A program made the translations under genes and the position numbers. From assembly GCF_009914755.1 (NCBI RefSeq), contig NC_060936.1: a stretch of DNA of 64,000 nt; one strand, 5' to 3'. Positions 46,785-62,326 of this stretch are shown piece by piece. Numbering within the stretch: position 1 is the stretch's first letter; every line of letters starts with the position of its first letter. Below the pieces are notes generated by a model. It was given only the letters and a program-made list of their open reading frames with translations, was not told the DNA's origin and searched no databases. Source of the stretch: the human T2T-CHM13v2.0 reference genome, Homo sapiens.

Positions 46785-47169
46785 TGTATCAGTTGCTGGG
46801 GCCATAACCAAGTATTACAGGCTGGGAGGCTTAAACAACAGAAATTTGTTTTCTCACAATTCTAAAGGCCAGAAGTCTGAGATCAAAGCATTCGAGTGGT
46901 TAGTTCTTGCTGAGGCCTCTCAATCTGGCATGCAGATAGCTGCTTTCTTCCTGAGTCTTCACAGGGTTTTCCCTCTGTGTTTGTCAATGTCCTAATCTCC
47001 TCTTCTTATAGAGATACCAGTCATATTGGATTAGAGCCCACCCTAATAACCCCATTTTAACTTAATTACCTCTTTAAAGACCCTGTCTCCAAATACAGTC
47101 ACATTATAAGGTAGATGGGGTTAGGAGAGCAACATATGAATTTAAGAAGACATAATTCAGCCCATAACA
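46785..47169 (-). mobile_element. MLT1B solo LTR
   Basis: ggcttaaacaacagaaattt, gtcctaatctcctcttcttat, aattcagcccataaca. Confidence 0.9.
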
Positions 47170-48024
47170 AGTACCGTCTAGGTAACCACTCTAACAGAGG
47201 TTAGATGAATCCAAGAATAGCTGAATCTTGAAGAGGTCATATAGAGTTATTTGGTTTCAGGGATATGTTAAACATGAAAGATCCAAACCAGCGGTTTCAA
47301 ACACTACTGTTCAACAGAATCGATTATGGGGTATGTTACAAATTATGGGTGTTCTGGCCACACTCAGAAATTCTTAGGAGTAGACCAGGCATCTGTATGT
47401 TTGCAGCCTGGAACAAAGTCTGGTATTGACCCTAAAAGACATGTCAACCTAGACAGCCAGCAATGAGGCAAGAAGCAGGACTGGCAACGAAGAGGAAAAG
47501 ACCTCACGTGAATAATGTAGTGATCTGTATCGCTACATTCTCTTCATCATTAAGTCTCTGTTACCCAAAATTCACTCTAATACCATATTACTCTCTTTGT
47601 GACTTTGTCCAAACAATGTCTTCCCAAAGACGTAATGCACAATGAGAAGTCTATGCTTATGATATTTTTCAGAGGAGGGCTGGTTAGAATCACAAATGAT
47701 GATCATTTACTTCACACCTAATATAACTCATTCTCCGCTGAACGGAATTTGGTTGATTGACTGATTTGTTTAGGCCAATGGATTCAAGGAAGTGGGCCAT
47801 ATTCATCTCATCTTCTTCTCCTTTAAGCTGCCTCTGGGACAAGTTGACACACATTTTCACCACTCTCTAGTCTCATGGTTGATTAATAATATCCGTATAA
47901 TTATATTTCATCCTATCATTAAACAGTACTGGATTCAAAGTAAAACTCAGTGAAATAATTTGGCACAACTGCTTTTAAAAATTATATTTTTGTATTTTCT
48001 CCTTCATATGCTTCTTTATTCTAT

Positions 48025-48480
48025 CTCTGCCTTCCATTCAACAAATATTTATTGTAGTGCCGGGAGTATGGGAATATAACAATAAATAAAACACAGCCTC
48101 TGCCCTTCAGAAAAGTAAAGTCTAGAAAAGAAAAAAAGATGTGTAAACAAATAACCACAAGGGAATGTGCCATATTATAACAAAGATACACATAAGGTCC
48201 CATGGAGCACAGAGTAGAGAACTAACATTGCCTGAAGGCAGAGCTTACACACAAACTGAAGGATACAGTCAAGTATCCAGGCAAGGACACAGGACAAGAA
48301 CAGGCATTAAAGCAAGAAAATGCAAGGCAAGTTTAGGGAACAGAAAATACTCATGATGGCTCTAACAAAAGGCTTGTAAGGTTGGGATTCATGGTGGGCC
48401 TTCCATGCTACACTAAATAACCAGCACTGTCAGGGGAAGTCACTGATAGTTTTTTAAGCACCATCAGTTCTGTGTTTAAT
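48025..48480 (-). mobile_element. L2 3' fragment
   Basis: cattcaacaaatatttattg tail and downstream L2 motifs. Confidence 0.75.
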
Positions 48481-49048
48481 TTCCCCCAGGCATAAAATTT
48501 TCCTGAGGCTGTCTGCTGCTCCCCACTCCCCAGCGTGCGCCCCTCTTCCACAGCCCCATGCCGCCTGTGCTGTAGCAATCAGAAGTACTTACTGTTCTCT
48601 AAATATGCCAGGCATGTTCTCACTGACTGCTAATGTCAAAAGCATGACTTGAAAAACATCTAAATGCATGATCAGACCAGTGATAGCAACCCTATGGTGG
48701 AGTTTTCAACAGTTAATAAGGGGAGCAATATTGAATCATTCCAGTTCTCTATATTTTGTCATTTGCTGTTCCTGCTGCTTCATGGAAAAGGGTTATATTT
48801 TCTCTGTAAATAGAACTTGATATATCTTCATAACCGTCAGCAGGGATGGACACTGTGCTACTTCCCAGCAAAAGGTGAATGAAAAGTGATAGCAGTTAAA
48901 ATGGTGTTCTTTGCTGTTTCTCTGTTTTGTTTTCATACTCTTCTTTTAAAATCAGACTGTAATTTTAACAAGGTGGCAGGTAAAGCATTCCTTTTTGCTT
49001 TTAATGCTGCCTGGAAATAATTTGTTTTCTCCTCTCCAGAGAAATTCT

Positions 49049-49073
49049 TAAAAAAAAAAAAAAAAAAAAAAAA
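49049..49073 (+). repeat. Poly(A) tract (about 25 nt) not attached to a recognisable retroelement
   Basis: Direct read. Confidence 0.9.
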
Positions 49074-49532
49074 CTGTAAAAACCTGACTGTTCTGATACA
49101 AACCTTGTTAATAGGATGTTCACCTTAAAACTAACCCAAAAGAGGAACAAGTAAAGCAACATGATAACAAATCACAGAATTTTAGAAAGGACTAAGAGCA
49201 AATGTAGTGGTGTGGTTAAAAGCTATGGTTCCTTTGAAGCTCAAATTAAGAAGAACCTGCTAGTACTGATCATCTAGCATCCTAAGTGGGAACATAGCAA
49301 ATAGACATAGAATTATAACCCTAAGAGTTGAAATCAGAATAATAGCACCAATGAACTCCTCAAATCATTTTTTAAAGGAATATATTTGTGAGGCAATGCA
49401 AGTGAAAATTACATAATATACAGTTACTAAATTCCTGAGAGTTCTATTTTTGTTTATTCAATATCTACTAATATAAGGACAAAAATCATTGCTAATGATC
49501 AAAAGAGCATAGCAATCATTATCAAATTAAGA

Positions 49533-49833
49533 GGCCAGGCATGGTGGCTCATACCTGTAATCCCAGCAATTTGGGAGGCTGAGGCTGGCAGATCGCTTGA
49601 GCTCAAAAGTTGGAGACCAGCCAGGGCAACATAGTAAAACCCATCTCTACAAAAAAATACAAAAATTAGCCAGGCGTGGTGATGTGCACCCATTGTCCCA
49701 GCTACTTGAGAGTCTGAGGTGAGAGAATCACCCAAGCCCGGGGAAGTCAAGGCTGAAGTGAACCATGATCACGCCACTGCACTCCAGCCTGAGCGACAGA
49801 AAGAAACCCTCTCCAAAAGAAAAGAAAGAAAAA
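49533..49833 (+). mobile_element. AluJ
   Basis: gatcgcttgagctca, gaagtcaaggctg; TSD aattaaga. Confidence 0.94.
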
Positions 49834-49965
49834 TTAATTAAGATGTGATTCAATACATTTTTTCCAATTCTTTAAGTTATTAAGAGGCCAATGTCAATCT
49901 CTCATCCACTGCAGGAATCTCCTAGTTTCCCTAATATACAACTTCGGTCTCTGCTGAAATATTAC

Positions 49966-50450
49966 CTTTTTTATCGTAAATACTTAAGGTATACAACATG
50001 ATGTTTTGTTATACATATACATAGTGAAATCATTATCACAGTCAAACAAATTAACATATCTGTCATCTCAGATACCTTTTTTCCCCCTTTGGTGATAATC
50101 TACTCTCTTAGCAAATTTCTAGTATACGATGTGATATCATTCTGTACATTGGATCTCTAGACATGCTGTACATTGGATCTCTAGACATTCATGCTACATA
50201 ATTACAACTTTGTACCTTTTGACATACATCTCCCCATTCCTGTCCCTCCCTCCCCACCCCAGGCCCTAGTAACCACCATTCTACTCTGTGTCTATATATT
50301 CAACTTTTTTTTTAGATTCTGCACATAAGTGAGATCATGCAGTGTTTTTCTTTCTGTGCCTGGCTTTTTCACTCAGGATACTGTCCTCCAGGTTTATCCA
50401 TGTTCTCTCAAATAGCAAGATCTCCTTTTTTAAGGCTGGACAATATTCCA

Positions 50451-50496
<46 letters not shown>

Positions 50497-50985
50497 CACC
50501 ATTTCTCTATCCATTCATCCATCAACAAATGCCTAGGTTGTTTCCATTCTGGACCATGGTAGATACTGCTGCAATAAACATGGGAGCTCAGATATCTTGA
50601 CAAGGTGCTGACTTCATTTCCGTTGGATACATACCCACAAGAGGGACTGATTGCTGAGTTATATTGTAGTCTTATTTTTAATTTTTTGAGGAACCTCCAC
50701 TCAGTTTTCCATAGTGGCTGCACTAATTTACATACAAAAGTTTCCTTTCCTCCACAGTCTCACCAACACATCTCTTTTTGGTTTATTTCTGAACTCTCTA
50801 TTTTATTCCATCTGTCTATGTGTCTGTTTTTATGCCAGTACCATACTATTTTTCCATATTATAACTTTGTAATATAGTTTGAAATCAGGAAGTGTGATGC
50901 CTCAAACTTTGTTTTTCTTTCTCAAGATTGCTTTGCCTATTTGGGGTCTTTTATGTTTCCATACAAATGTTTTCTATTTCTGTAA
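49966..50985 (-). mobile_element. L1MA8/9-like 3' fragment with (GT)21 at 50453-50494
   Basis: aaggtatacaacatgatgttttg, tactctcttagcaaattt, tttgaaatcaggaagtgtgatgcctc. Confidence 0.88.
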
Positions 50986-51274
50986 AATATTACCTTTGCC
51001 TCTTCTTTTCCTTTCTTCCCATGTCATAGTTCCCTTTCTTTTTCTTCCCTCTTCTCTCTATGCTTCTCATTCTAGATCACATTTGGTTAATGTTAGGTAC
51101 ATGTATATAGTGACTATTTCTCCTGGAAGATGATTTAGACTACAACTACAACTATAATCACTTAGAAAAGTGTAGAATTCCTCTGTCCACCTAGAATAGA
51201 GCTGAATTTGTTCATATTCCATTCCAAACACAGCATTCTAGGAAACTATGAAGTATTCTGCAAGCTGTAAAAAG

Positions 51275-51962
<688 letters not shown>

Positions 51963-52149
51963 CATGTATCTAACACAACAGTCTATGTGTACACACCCAT
52001 AATATATGCATATATATACATACTCATTTACAGAGTTCTGAATTATCAGCCTGCAGTTTATCCACTGAAATTTTAAAATTCAAAATTTCTTACTTCCTTG
52101 ATTGTATGAGAATGGTAATAATAACAATAATGACAGCAATAATAATATC

Positions 52150-52420
52150 AAGTACTCATTTAGTTCATACTATGTGCCAGCTATTGTGCTAAAAATACGT
52201 AATCTTATTAAAACCTTACAAAGTCACCAAATAATAGAGTCTGTTACTAACCATTTTAACATATTATTTTTTATAATCCTCACAACAAGAACTACAGTTT
52301 TTCTCAATTTATGAGAAAACTGAGATTTAGGGTGGTGAAATAAATCATTCTCGGTTTTACAGCTAGTAGTTGGCAGAGCAATGATTTAAACTCCGGTCAC
52401 TGCACTCTGCTGCCACTTGA
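52150..52420 (-). mobile_element. MIR
   Basis: tactatgtgccag, aatcctcacaaca, gagaaaactgag. Confidence 0.7.
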
Positions 52421-52861
52421 GCTATCCCTCTGTAAGGGCAATTGAGTCTCAGTGAGCTAAAAGAATCTTACATTACTTTTGCAGACAGGCATCTAACAGA
52501 GTAGGAAAAATCCCAGAACCAAAAGCTGAAACCCAGACCGCAGTCTGAGTCATGATACAAACTAACCAGGCCAGCCAAATTCCAATCCTCTCATCTACAA
52601 ACATGGAAATTGGAATAGAAATTTTTCAAGGTCCTATCAGCTTAAAAGTCCATTTGTCCAAGAAAAACTTACTTAAAAATCTGAGTCTTCAGTCCAAAAT
52701 AAACTTGCCAGAAGAAATGCTTTCTTTATTTTCTGCCCTATGAGTTTACGACTATTATTAGGTTGTAAAAATATTAAGTATAACTGGAAACTGAAAGCAT
52801 AATTAACATTTACTTATAAAGTTCGATATCACCCATTAGCAATATAACACATAATGATTTA

Positions 52862-53140
52862 TTAACTTTTTACTATAAAAACTTTTAAACATATTCAAAA
52901 GTAGACAGAATAGTATTAAAAAACCCAACGTACTCATCATACACCTTTAAAAATCGTCAACTCATGGTCAAATTTGTTCCATCTATATACCCTCCCACTT
53001 TGAAGAAAATCCATGGCATCATAACATTTCTGTAAATATTTCAGTATCCATGTGTAAAAGATAAGGGTTCCCTTCTTAAAAGTATAATCATGATACCATC
53101 ATGACACCTAAAAATATTAACAATAATATCTTAATAAGAC
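52862..53140 (-). mobile_element. L1MC5/L1ME 3' fragment
   Basis: aaacatattcaaaagtagacagaatagtat; gtaaatatttcagtat. Confidence 0.7.
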
Positions 53141-53210
53141 AAACTTGGAAAATACATTTAGATATATAAATGGCAATAAATAATACAGATTTAAGTACCA
53201 CTTTCACTGA

Positions 53211-54290
<1,080 letters not shown>

Positions 54291-55180
54291 TATCCAACTG
54301 AAGTGTTTATTCTGTGACCCTTATTTTCATATAACTCTCTATAACCATTTTGCTTCTACCATACTTACTCTCACATTCCTTCCCTAGCTTGCCTTGCCCT
54401 CCAAAACAAAAAAGCTTCCACCATGAAATTACTAATTGATATTCTGCCTTATAAACTTTGCCTTGAAAGATTCCTTTGAAAAATTAATTTCATTTCCTCG
54501 ATCTAGCCAATGATAAAATAATGATGACAGCAAACAGAAGTAGAAACAGCATAATTTTTTAAAAAAGGAAACATCAAATTTTGTATTGAAAATTTACATC
54601 AGCATTTCACTAGTGAACAGACATTTCCTCTGAGAAAGAGTGATAATTACCATTTGCACCTCATGTAAGGATTTTCCTGAGGCCTAAGAAAGCTATAAAT
54701 AATATAGTTTCTTTTGAAATAAAGAAAAAAAATTTAATTTTCTTTCATCACGCTAACAAGAAGTAAAATAGGTTGCAAATAATGGTGTAGTAAATGGATT
54801 AAAGAGATTAGCTTCAAAATAACTGCACTGCAGGACCTAAATGCTGAACTTGGGTTATCCAGGCTAAATAAAGGCCAGTCATCATCTTATTTTTATAGTT
54901 CAATCATAAGTTAGGGCTTATGGGAGTAACGCAATTAAGAAAATATATATATTTGGGGGAGTTGGAAAAGTCTGGAAAATTTCAAAAATCAAATCACATT
55001 TCAAATGGATTAGGAGAACTCACTAATTAAAGGTGGATAGATTTCATACTGTTAAAAAAAAAACCCAAACAAGTAAAAAAAAATTTATGATTAACCACCA
55101 ATACAAACAATAGGCAAATTTATTAGTTTCTCTGCTCTTGCTTTACAACTGTAACCTTTATAACAAACCCTGTTAGACCT

Positions 55181-55405
55181 TGTAGGAGACCCTGTTAATG
55201 CCCACACCATATCCCCCTGACTTGTCTGTGAGTTCTCTTCCACTGCTGTGGATAGTCATGCTGATGCTGACAGCTTCCCACCTAAAGGACCCACAGTTCT
55301 TTCTCCATTTTCTCTTTATTCTTCCTGGAACCACCTTGCACATACACTACCCATGCCTAAGTCCTTACACCAGGGTCTGCTTTTGGGGAAAACCCTAATA
55401 AGACT
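55181..55405 (+). mobile_element. LTR16-type 5' LTR (internally deleted)
   Basis: Starts tgtagg; tgctgacagcttccc; ends cagggtctgcttttggggaaaaccctaataagac, directly followed by the internal leader. Confidence 0.75.
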
Positions 55406-56112
55406 GTTGGTAATAGAAATAGCACTAGAAAGCAGACCTTCAGAATGAGATTCTGGAATTGCATTACTTGCTGGTCAGAGGGCAGCAAGGATCCAATTTC
55501 TAGTGATAAGTGAGTGGTGATAACCCCTAACAGGCTACAGCAGTATAATGCCCAAAATTTTTAACTGAGGTGGACTGTAATGTGTTACAGGAAGGAGGAA
55601 GTACAAGCTTATATAATAGCTCTAATACTTGAAAGACATGTGGTAATCAAAACAAAGATTTTGGAGTATGTGTTAACTACTCGAGAAGCTTTGAAGAATG
55701 AGAATGGCAGGCTTGGGTAAGCCATCTATCAATTCAGGGCATGCTGTAAAAGTCAGAAAAACTCCATGTCAGTATTTAAAATGAACCTTATCTCTGGCAC
55801 TCAGCTAACATACTATACTGAAATCAGGCCTAAGATTTGATGAAGGAGCTTAGCTACAAAGACAACTAAATGCACAGCCCCAGCAGGTCTCCCATCAGGG
55901 CTCTGATAGGGAAAGGGGGAGGGTGGTGATGCATGGGAGGGTGATATTTAGGGGGGTGTACATGAGACCACTAAACACTCAAATCTGCTGAAACCTCTGG
56001 GCCGGCAGAATCCACCCTCATCCCTTTCATAAAGGTAAGCCACCTCTAATTGCATGGAGACCTGGCAAAGGACATACCTGACGGGGGTGCCTTCCTCCAG
56101 ATCTGCCCTTCA

Positions 56113-56533
<421 letters not shown>

Positions 56534-56935
56534 TCACCGAAAAAGTCAGCTGAGCCTATCTGACATGTGTCATTAGAGCTGAGAGCACACATAAGGACGT
56601 GGATGTTGAGGGTGCTGAGCTGAGGCATGGGGAAAGAATGCTAGATAGAGGAGAGTGCTTTCATATGGAGGCAATCTCTGGTGATTCATAATTTAATTTG
56701 TAGCAAGGAAATCGTAAGTAGGTCCTAAAACACTAATGGGATGTCAATGTGACTGACAGGATTCCAAAATAACAGGCATCAGAGGTGGCACTTAGCCATC
56801 AGAAGCAAGGTGAATGCACGCCATTAAAGGTAGTAAGGTCAGAGCAGTAACCAGAGAGCTTGACCTGCAGGGGTCTGTGGCAATGGTTGATAAGTCATTA
56901 GCCATTTTGTTTATAGAAGCAAAAGAGATGGGTAA

Positions 56936-57297
56936 TGTATTTGTTGCTAGGGCTGCTGTCACGAACTAAGTGACTTAAACAAGAGAAATTTACCGTCTCA
57001 CAGTTTTGAAGGCCAGAAGTCCAAGATCAAGACATTGTTGGTTCCTTTTAAGGGCTGGGTGAATCTGTTCCATGACTCTCTCCTATCTTCTGGTGGTTTT
57101 CTGGCATTCTGTTGCGTTCATTAACTTATAGAAGCATCACCCCAATCTCTGCCTTCATCTTCACATGACATTCTCCTTGTGTACATTTCTGTGTCAAGAT
57201 TTTCTTTTTGATAAGAATACCAGCCACATTGGATTAGGGGCACAACCTACCCCAGCATGATCTCATGGTTACTCATTACACAATTCAACCTATGACA
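56936..57297 (-). mobile_element. MLT1C solo LTR
   Basis: gaatctgttccatgactctctcctatcttctggtgg; gcatcaccccaatctctgccttcatcttcac. Confidence 0.88.
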
Positions 57298-58040
57298 AGT
57301 AGTTAATAAGGTTAATTTTTTATTTATATTTGCAAAGAAGACCAAGAACTAAACAGAAGATCGATGTTCCTTTTCTGGATCTAAGGCAGTTCTCAGACCC
57401 AGAGCCCATCAAGGGGAGGCTAAGTCCTCTTGAGCGAAAGAGCTAATGTTTCTCCAATAATTCTTTAAGGGGAAGTGCTGCCATATAACAGAGTATATGG
57501 CACCATATGCCAGTATATACACTGGTGAAAGTGGAATACCCAAACCTTTCAGGGCTATTGGATATAGGCTCTAAGCTGACACTTATACCAGGGTATCCAA
57601 AATAGCTTTGTGGTCTCCCAGTTAGAGTAAGAGCATTTGGAAGCCAGATAATAAATGGAGCCCTGACTCAAGTCCATCTCACCATCGGCCCAATGGGTCT
57701 CCAGACCCACCAACTGGTCACGTACCTGGTCTCTGAGTACATAATTGAGATGGATATACTTAGAAGCAGCTAGAATCCAAACACTGGTTCTCTGAACTAT
57801 GAAACAAGAGCCATTATAATAGAAAGGGACAAAGAAAGCCCCTGGTATCACTTCTGCTCTGTCCCTGGCCCAAATAATAAATCAGAAAGAATATTTTGGC
57901 CAGGTGGAATAACAATTTGTGCCACCCTCAGAATGCTTCCTGCAAAAAAACCATACGGCTCATGGATGAGTCAGCTAAATACGTTGGTGCAAGAGGAAAA
58001 CTACTGTCACACTATAGCCCAAGGCAAGGATGAACTACTG

Positions 58041-58265
58041 CAATGTTACTCAAAGTGTAATCCATAGACTAGTGCCAATTCATAAATTTATTTTTGTAAG
58101 TCGACAAAATAATTATTAAAAGTGAGAGTACATATTTGGAAACATTAGAGCAATTTGACATTGCTGTAATAACTGTAGTTTTATATTTTACAAAAAGATC
58201 ACTCATGTTGAACTGAAAACAAACCCATATATAGTTCCTTCACATGATCAGTTTGAGTAGCACTG
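58041..58265. mobile_element. hAT-Charlie MITE (Charlie4-like)
   Basis: Terminal inverted repeats caatgttactcaaa / tttgagtagcactg; agcaatttgacattgc. Confidence 0.7.
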
Positions 58266-59040
58266 TTCTAAAGGACAGTGGTGAAAGGAAATCCATCAGG
58301 CAGAGCTTCATAACTTTACATGAAGAGAGAAGTGGTTTGAGGTGAGAACAATATCAATTGTTGGGCAGGGGCTAGTGGTTCTGCTAATTGATCAGATGCC
58401 TGGAAGAAGCAATACTTCATGATCAGATACAAGGAGGTCTGAGAAGGAGGCATGTGGATGACCCTATAGGTGTGAATACCTAACAAAGCATCTATAGTAG
58501 AGGCAGCATTGAACAACCAGATGGAAAAGATGACCCATCCAATGAATGTCAGCCAATCTTTGTCCTCAGCCATCACAATGGTTGCACAGTGGACATGGAA
58601 ACTGACTAGCCATAATGTCAGGGATGGAGGCTATGCATGGGCATAAAAGCATATACTCCCTCTCACCAAGGGTAATCTAGCTATTGACAGTGCTGAATGT
58701 CTGACCAATAAGTACTGGCCCAAAGTGACCCCTCAATACAGAACCATCCCTCAAAAAAGCCAATCAGACATTTGTGGCAGGTTGATTACATCAAATTCCT
58801 TTCCACCTTGGAAGGCACAGCAATTCATCCTCAATGGGCCTGATGGTTATTCAAACATGCTTTTGCCTTTTTTGCCTCTGCCAGGTCATATTTACTAGCA
58901 TAGGATCCACCAGTCTCACCTTTTATGGCCATTCTAGCACTCCATCAAGCTGATGAACCACTAGCATTCCATCAAGCTGATGGCCAAAAGGCTCAGCTTT
59001 AGAATAACTGTCTAAAGGATTGGTGCCCCATCCTCTTAAA

Positions 59041-59385
59041 CAGAGGTCCCCAATCTCCAGCCTGCAGAGAGGTAACTCTCCATGGCCTGTGAGGAACCAG
59101 GCTGCACAGCAGGAGGTGAGCAGCAAGGAAGCAAGCATTATCGCCTGAGCGCTGTCTCTTGACAGATCAGGAGTGGCATTAGATTCTCATAGGAGGTGAA
59201 CTCTACTGTGAACTATGCATGCAAGGGCTCTAGGTTGCATGCTCCTTATGAGAATCTAATGCCTAAGGCAGAACAATTTCATCCTGAAACCAACCACTCT
59301 CCCCATCCCAGCCTCCCACCTCTGTCCATGGAAAAATTGACTTCCACAAAAGCAGTCTCTGGTGCCAAAAAGGTTGGAACTGCTG
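59041..59385. mobile_element. MER1B (hAT-Charlie)
   Basis: gcacagcaggaggtgagc, ggcattagattctcatagga, ccttatgagaatctaatgcc, ggtgccaaaaaggttgg. Confidence 0.92.
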
Positions 59386-59699
59386 CTCTACAGCGCAGTA
59401 GATGAGTCAAACCAATGATCATTACACGATGTTCTGTCCCCTTAGCATGGGTGTGGGAACTAAGGGGTAGAAGTAGAATTGGCAGCACTCACCACTTAAC
59501 CCACTTGGGAAATTTGTCCATCCTCAGTAGCCAAGTTGGGTAATTTGTACTTCCCGTTCTCTCAACTTCAGACTCTGTGGGATGTGATACCTTAACCCCT
59601 ATGAGTGGAACACTTTCACCAGAGAGTAAATTACTTTCACCCAAACCCTTTATTCTGGTGCCTGATTTAAAAGAGAATCTGAGTTAACTTTAACACAGT

Positions 59700-59850
59700 T
59701 AGATACAATTATTATCACCTTATATTGAGGAATGAGGCACGAGGAAGTTTAAGTGGACCAGGGTCACACAGCTAGTAAGTGATAGAATCAGAACTTGACC
59801 CTGGGCAGTCTCATCTAGAGTCCTTGCTTTCAACCTCTACTCTAAATTAT
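59700..59850 (-). mobile_element. MIR
   Basis: cagggtcacacagctagtaagtg. Confidence 0.8.
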
Positions 59851-60414
59851 CTGTTTTTAAAGTTCATGTTTTTGTATTTAGTTGTCTTGGAGCAAAGCAT
59901 TCCTATATTATTTTATGTTTCTAAGGCAGGTGTGGCTAGCACCTCTATAATTAAAATAAAGTTCAATTAAATCTGAACAAGTATTATTTAATATAGTTTT
60001 TTATTATTTTAATACAGGTTTCAATGTAATCAGACAGTAACAATGTCTAGCTCTGTCTTCATTTAGCATGTATCTATAAACACGCTCCTTAAAAACATAC
60101 CTAAACACACACACAAAAAAAGATGTCTTTATAACAAATTTTCACAAGTTATGCATTTTTGAGCAACAGTTAACAGGATAAGTTCAAGGTAACAGTTGCC
60201 AGTGATTTTCATCCCTAGGAAGTAGGTAAATCAACCAGGCTAGGAGTTTTCAAAAATAAACATAAACTCCTTTGTACTAGCTAATCCTTATCATTTAGCA
60301 TCACCTGTCCTTCAGCTGGCCCTATGCTTGAGGCATCAGAATGAAGCCCTGGGAACTAGTATTCAAATCACAATTATTTTAAAGTTTACAATGGGCAATT
60401 TCCTAAAAGTGATA

Positions 60415-60610
60415 TGATAGAAAGAGTATGAATTCTGGAGTCAGACAATCCCAGTTTTGCAACTTACCTGCTATGTGGCCTAGGACAAGTTATTTAACTT
60501 TTGGATCTTCAGTTTTCCAATATATAGAATGTGGAAGAAAAAAAGATTGAAGTATGCAAAGTGCCTAGTGTACCATCTAGCATCCAGCAGCTACTTAATA
60601 AGTAATAGTT
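60415..60610 (+). mobile_element. MIR
   Basis: tctggagtcagac...ggacaagttatttaac. Confidence 0.8.
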
Positions 60611-60916
60611 TCCTTCTTCATAGGTATTATTAATTAATTCATGTTTACATAATTACTTGCAACTAAAATAAACAATAAATAATGTAGAAAATCCTAAGGG
60701 TCTTATAAGTTTAGATGGAAATAAATTGGAAGCTTGCATAAACAGATTAAAACACAGATTCACAAGAAGAGGAAATAACAATAATAGATTAGAAAGCAGG
60801 TAGACCCAGCCATAGGAAAGAAAACTTAAATACTACTCAGCAATATCTCCAGGATACCATCAGAACTGTTTTGGTCACCCCATAGGGGTAGACATGGATA
60901 TCCACTGCTATAATTT

Positions 60917-61242
60917 TGCACTGTACTAACATGGTAGCCTCTAGCCACAGGTGGCAAATTGAGCACTTGAAATATAGCTAGCCCAAATTGAAATGTGCTG
61001 CAGAGTTAAAAAAAAAAAAAAAAAACCTGGATTTCAAAAACTTGGCATGAAAAAATATATAAAATATCTCATTAAAAATGTTTAGATTGATTACATATTG
61101 AAATAATATTTGGATTTATTGTGTTAAAGAAAACATTGTTAGATTTAACTTCATTTCTCTCTTTTTACTTTCTTTATGGTGGCCACTAGAAATTTTAAAT
61201 TTACATAAGTGGTTTGCATTTTATTTCCACTGGACAGCACTA
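60917..61242 (-). mobile_element. MER33
   Basis: atggtagcctctagccac, ttgagcacttgaaatatagctag, ctggacagcact. Confidence 0.88.
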
Positions 61243-61690
61243 ATGTGAGGTCCTAATTTAACTTGAACAGCACTGATGTAGAGTCCTCATTCTTAGGCTC
61301 CCATGTTCTTCCCTCCCAGTCTTCCATTCTTTAGCAAAGACTTAGCACTACAGTAACAACAATTTTCATTCATGTCCCTGTATGAGGGCCCCACTATCCT
61401 GGATGCAACACACGGATGATTTGCCACAAATAGTCTTTAAATGAATTATAAAATATATAGGAATGAATAAGCGGATAAATAACTCCCAGCGAAAAATGTC
61501 CCTCAAGGACAATATTCACATAGGCAAGACTCTGTGGTACTTTCTAACACACTTTAAAAGGAACATTATTTTAATATGCACTATCCATTCACGACATTCA
61601 AGACAAGTGAAGGTTAGCTGTCTACTAGAAAAAATAAAATTTTAAACTTGAGGCATTTATTCATATAATCAAGAGTCTAGGAAAACTGCC

Positions 61691-62242
61691 TGAATTAGTC
61701 AAGGTTCTCCAGAGGACAAAAAAAAAAATGCATATATACATATATGGAGATTTATTGGAGAACTGACTCACAAGATTATGGAGACTGAAAAGTCCACCAA
61801 TGATTAATTCATTCATTCATACTTTACATAGTTTAAAACTCCCTGGCATCAAGCAGGGTACCCAGGAAAGCCGGTGGTGCGATTCAGACCAAATCTAAAG
61901 GCCTGAGAACTAGGGAGGCTGCTGGTGTAAATCTCAGAGTCCAAAGGAGTTCAAAGGCCTAAAGGAGGCGCTCCATGTCCAAAGGCAGGAGAAGATGTCC
62001 CAGCTCAAGAACAGAACAAATTTGCCCTTCCTCCACTTTCTTGTTCTATTCAGGCCCTCGAAGCCAGACTGAATGACACTCACCCACATGGGTGAGGACA
62101 ATCTTCTTTACTCAGTCAACTAAGTCACATGTTAATCTCTTCCAGAAACACACTCAACAGACAGACCTAGAAATAATGTTTTACCACTTATCTGGTCATT
62201 CTTTAGTCCAGTCAAGTTTGACACATAAAATTAGCCATCACA
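61691..62242 (-). mobile_element. MLT2B/C solo LTR
   Basis: ttagtcaaggttctccagag...cagtcaagtttgacacataaaattagccatcaca. Confidence 0.9.
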
Positions 62243-62326
62243 CCACCTCAATCCTCTACACAAATTTGGCTGAAACTAGCTTGATAAGTCTTTCTATCAG
62301 AGGCTTCAGTGGAAAAACTGACCAGG

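Noticed and set aside
61234-61291. Diverged direct repeat acagcact(a/g)atgt...gtcct
   Set aside because: Short local duplication of the MER33 terminus with no sign of function.
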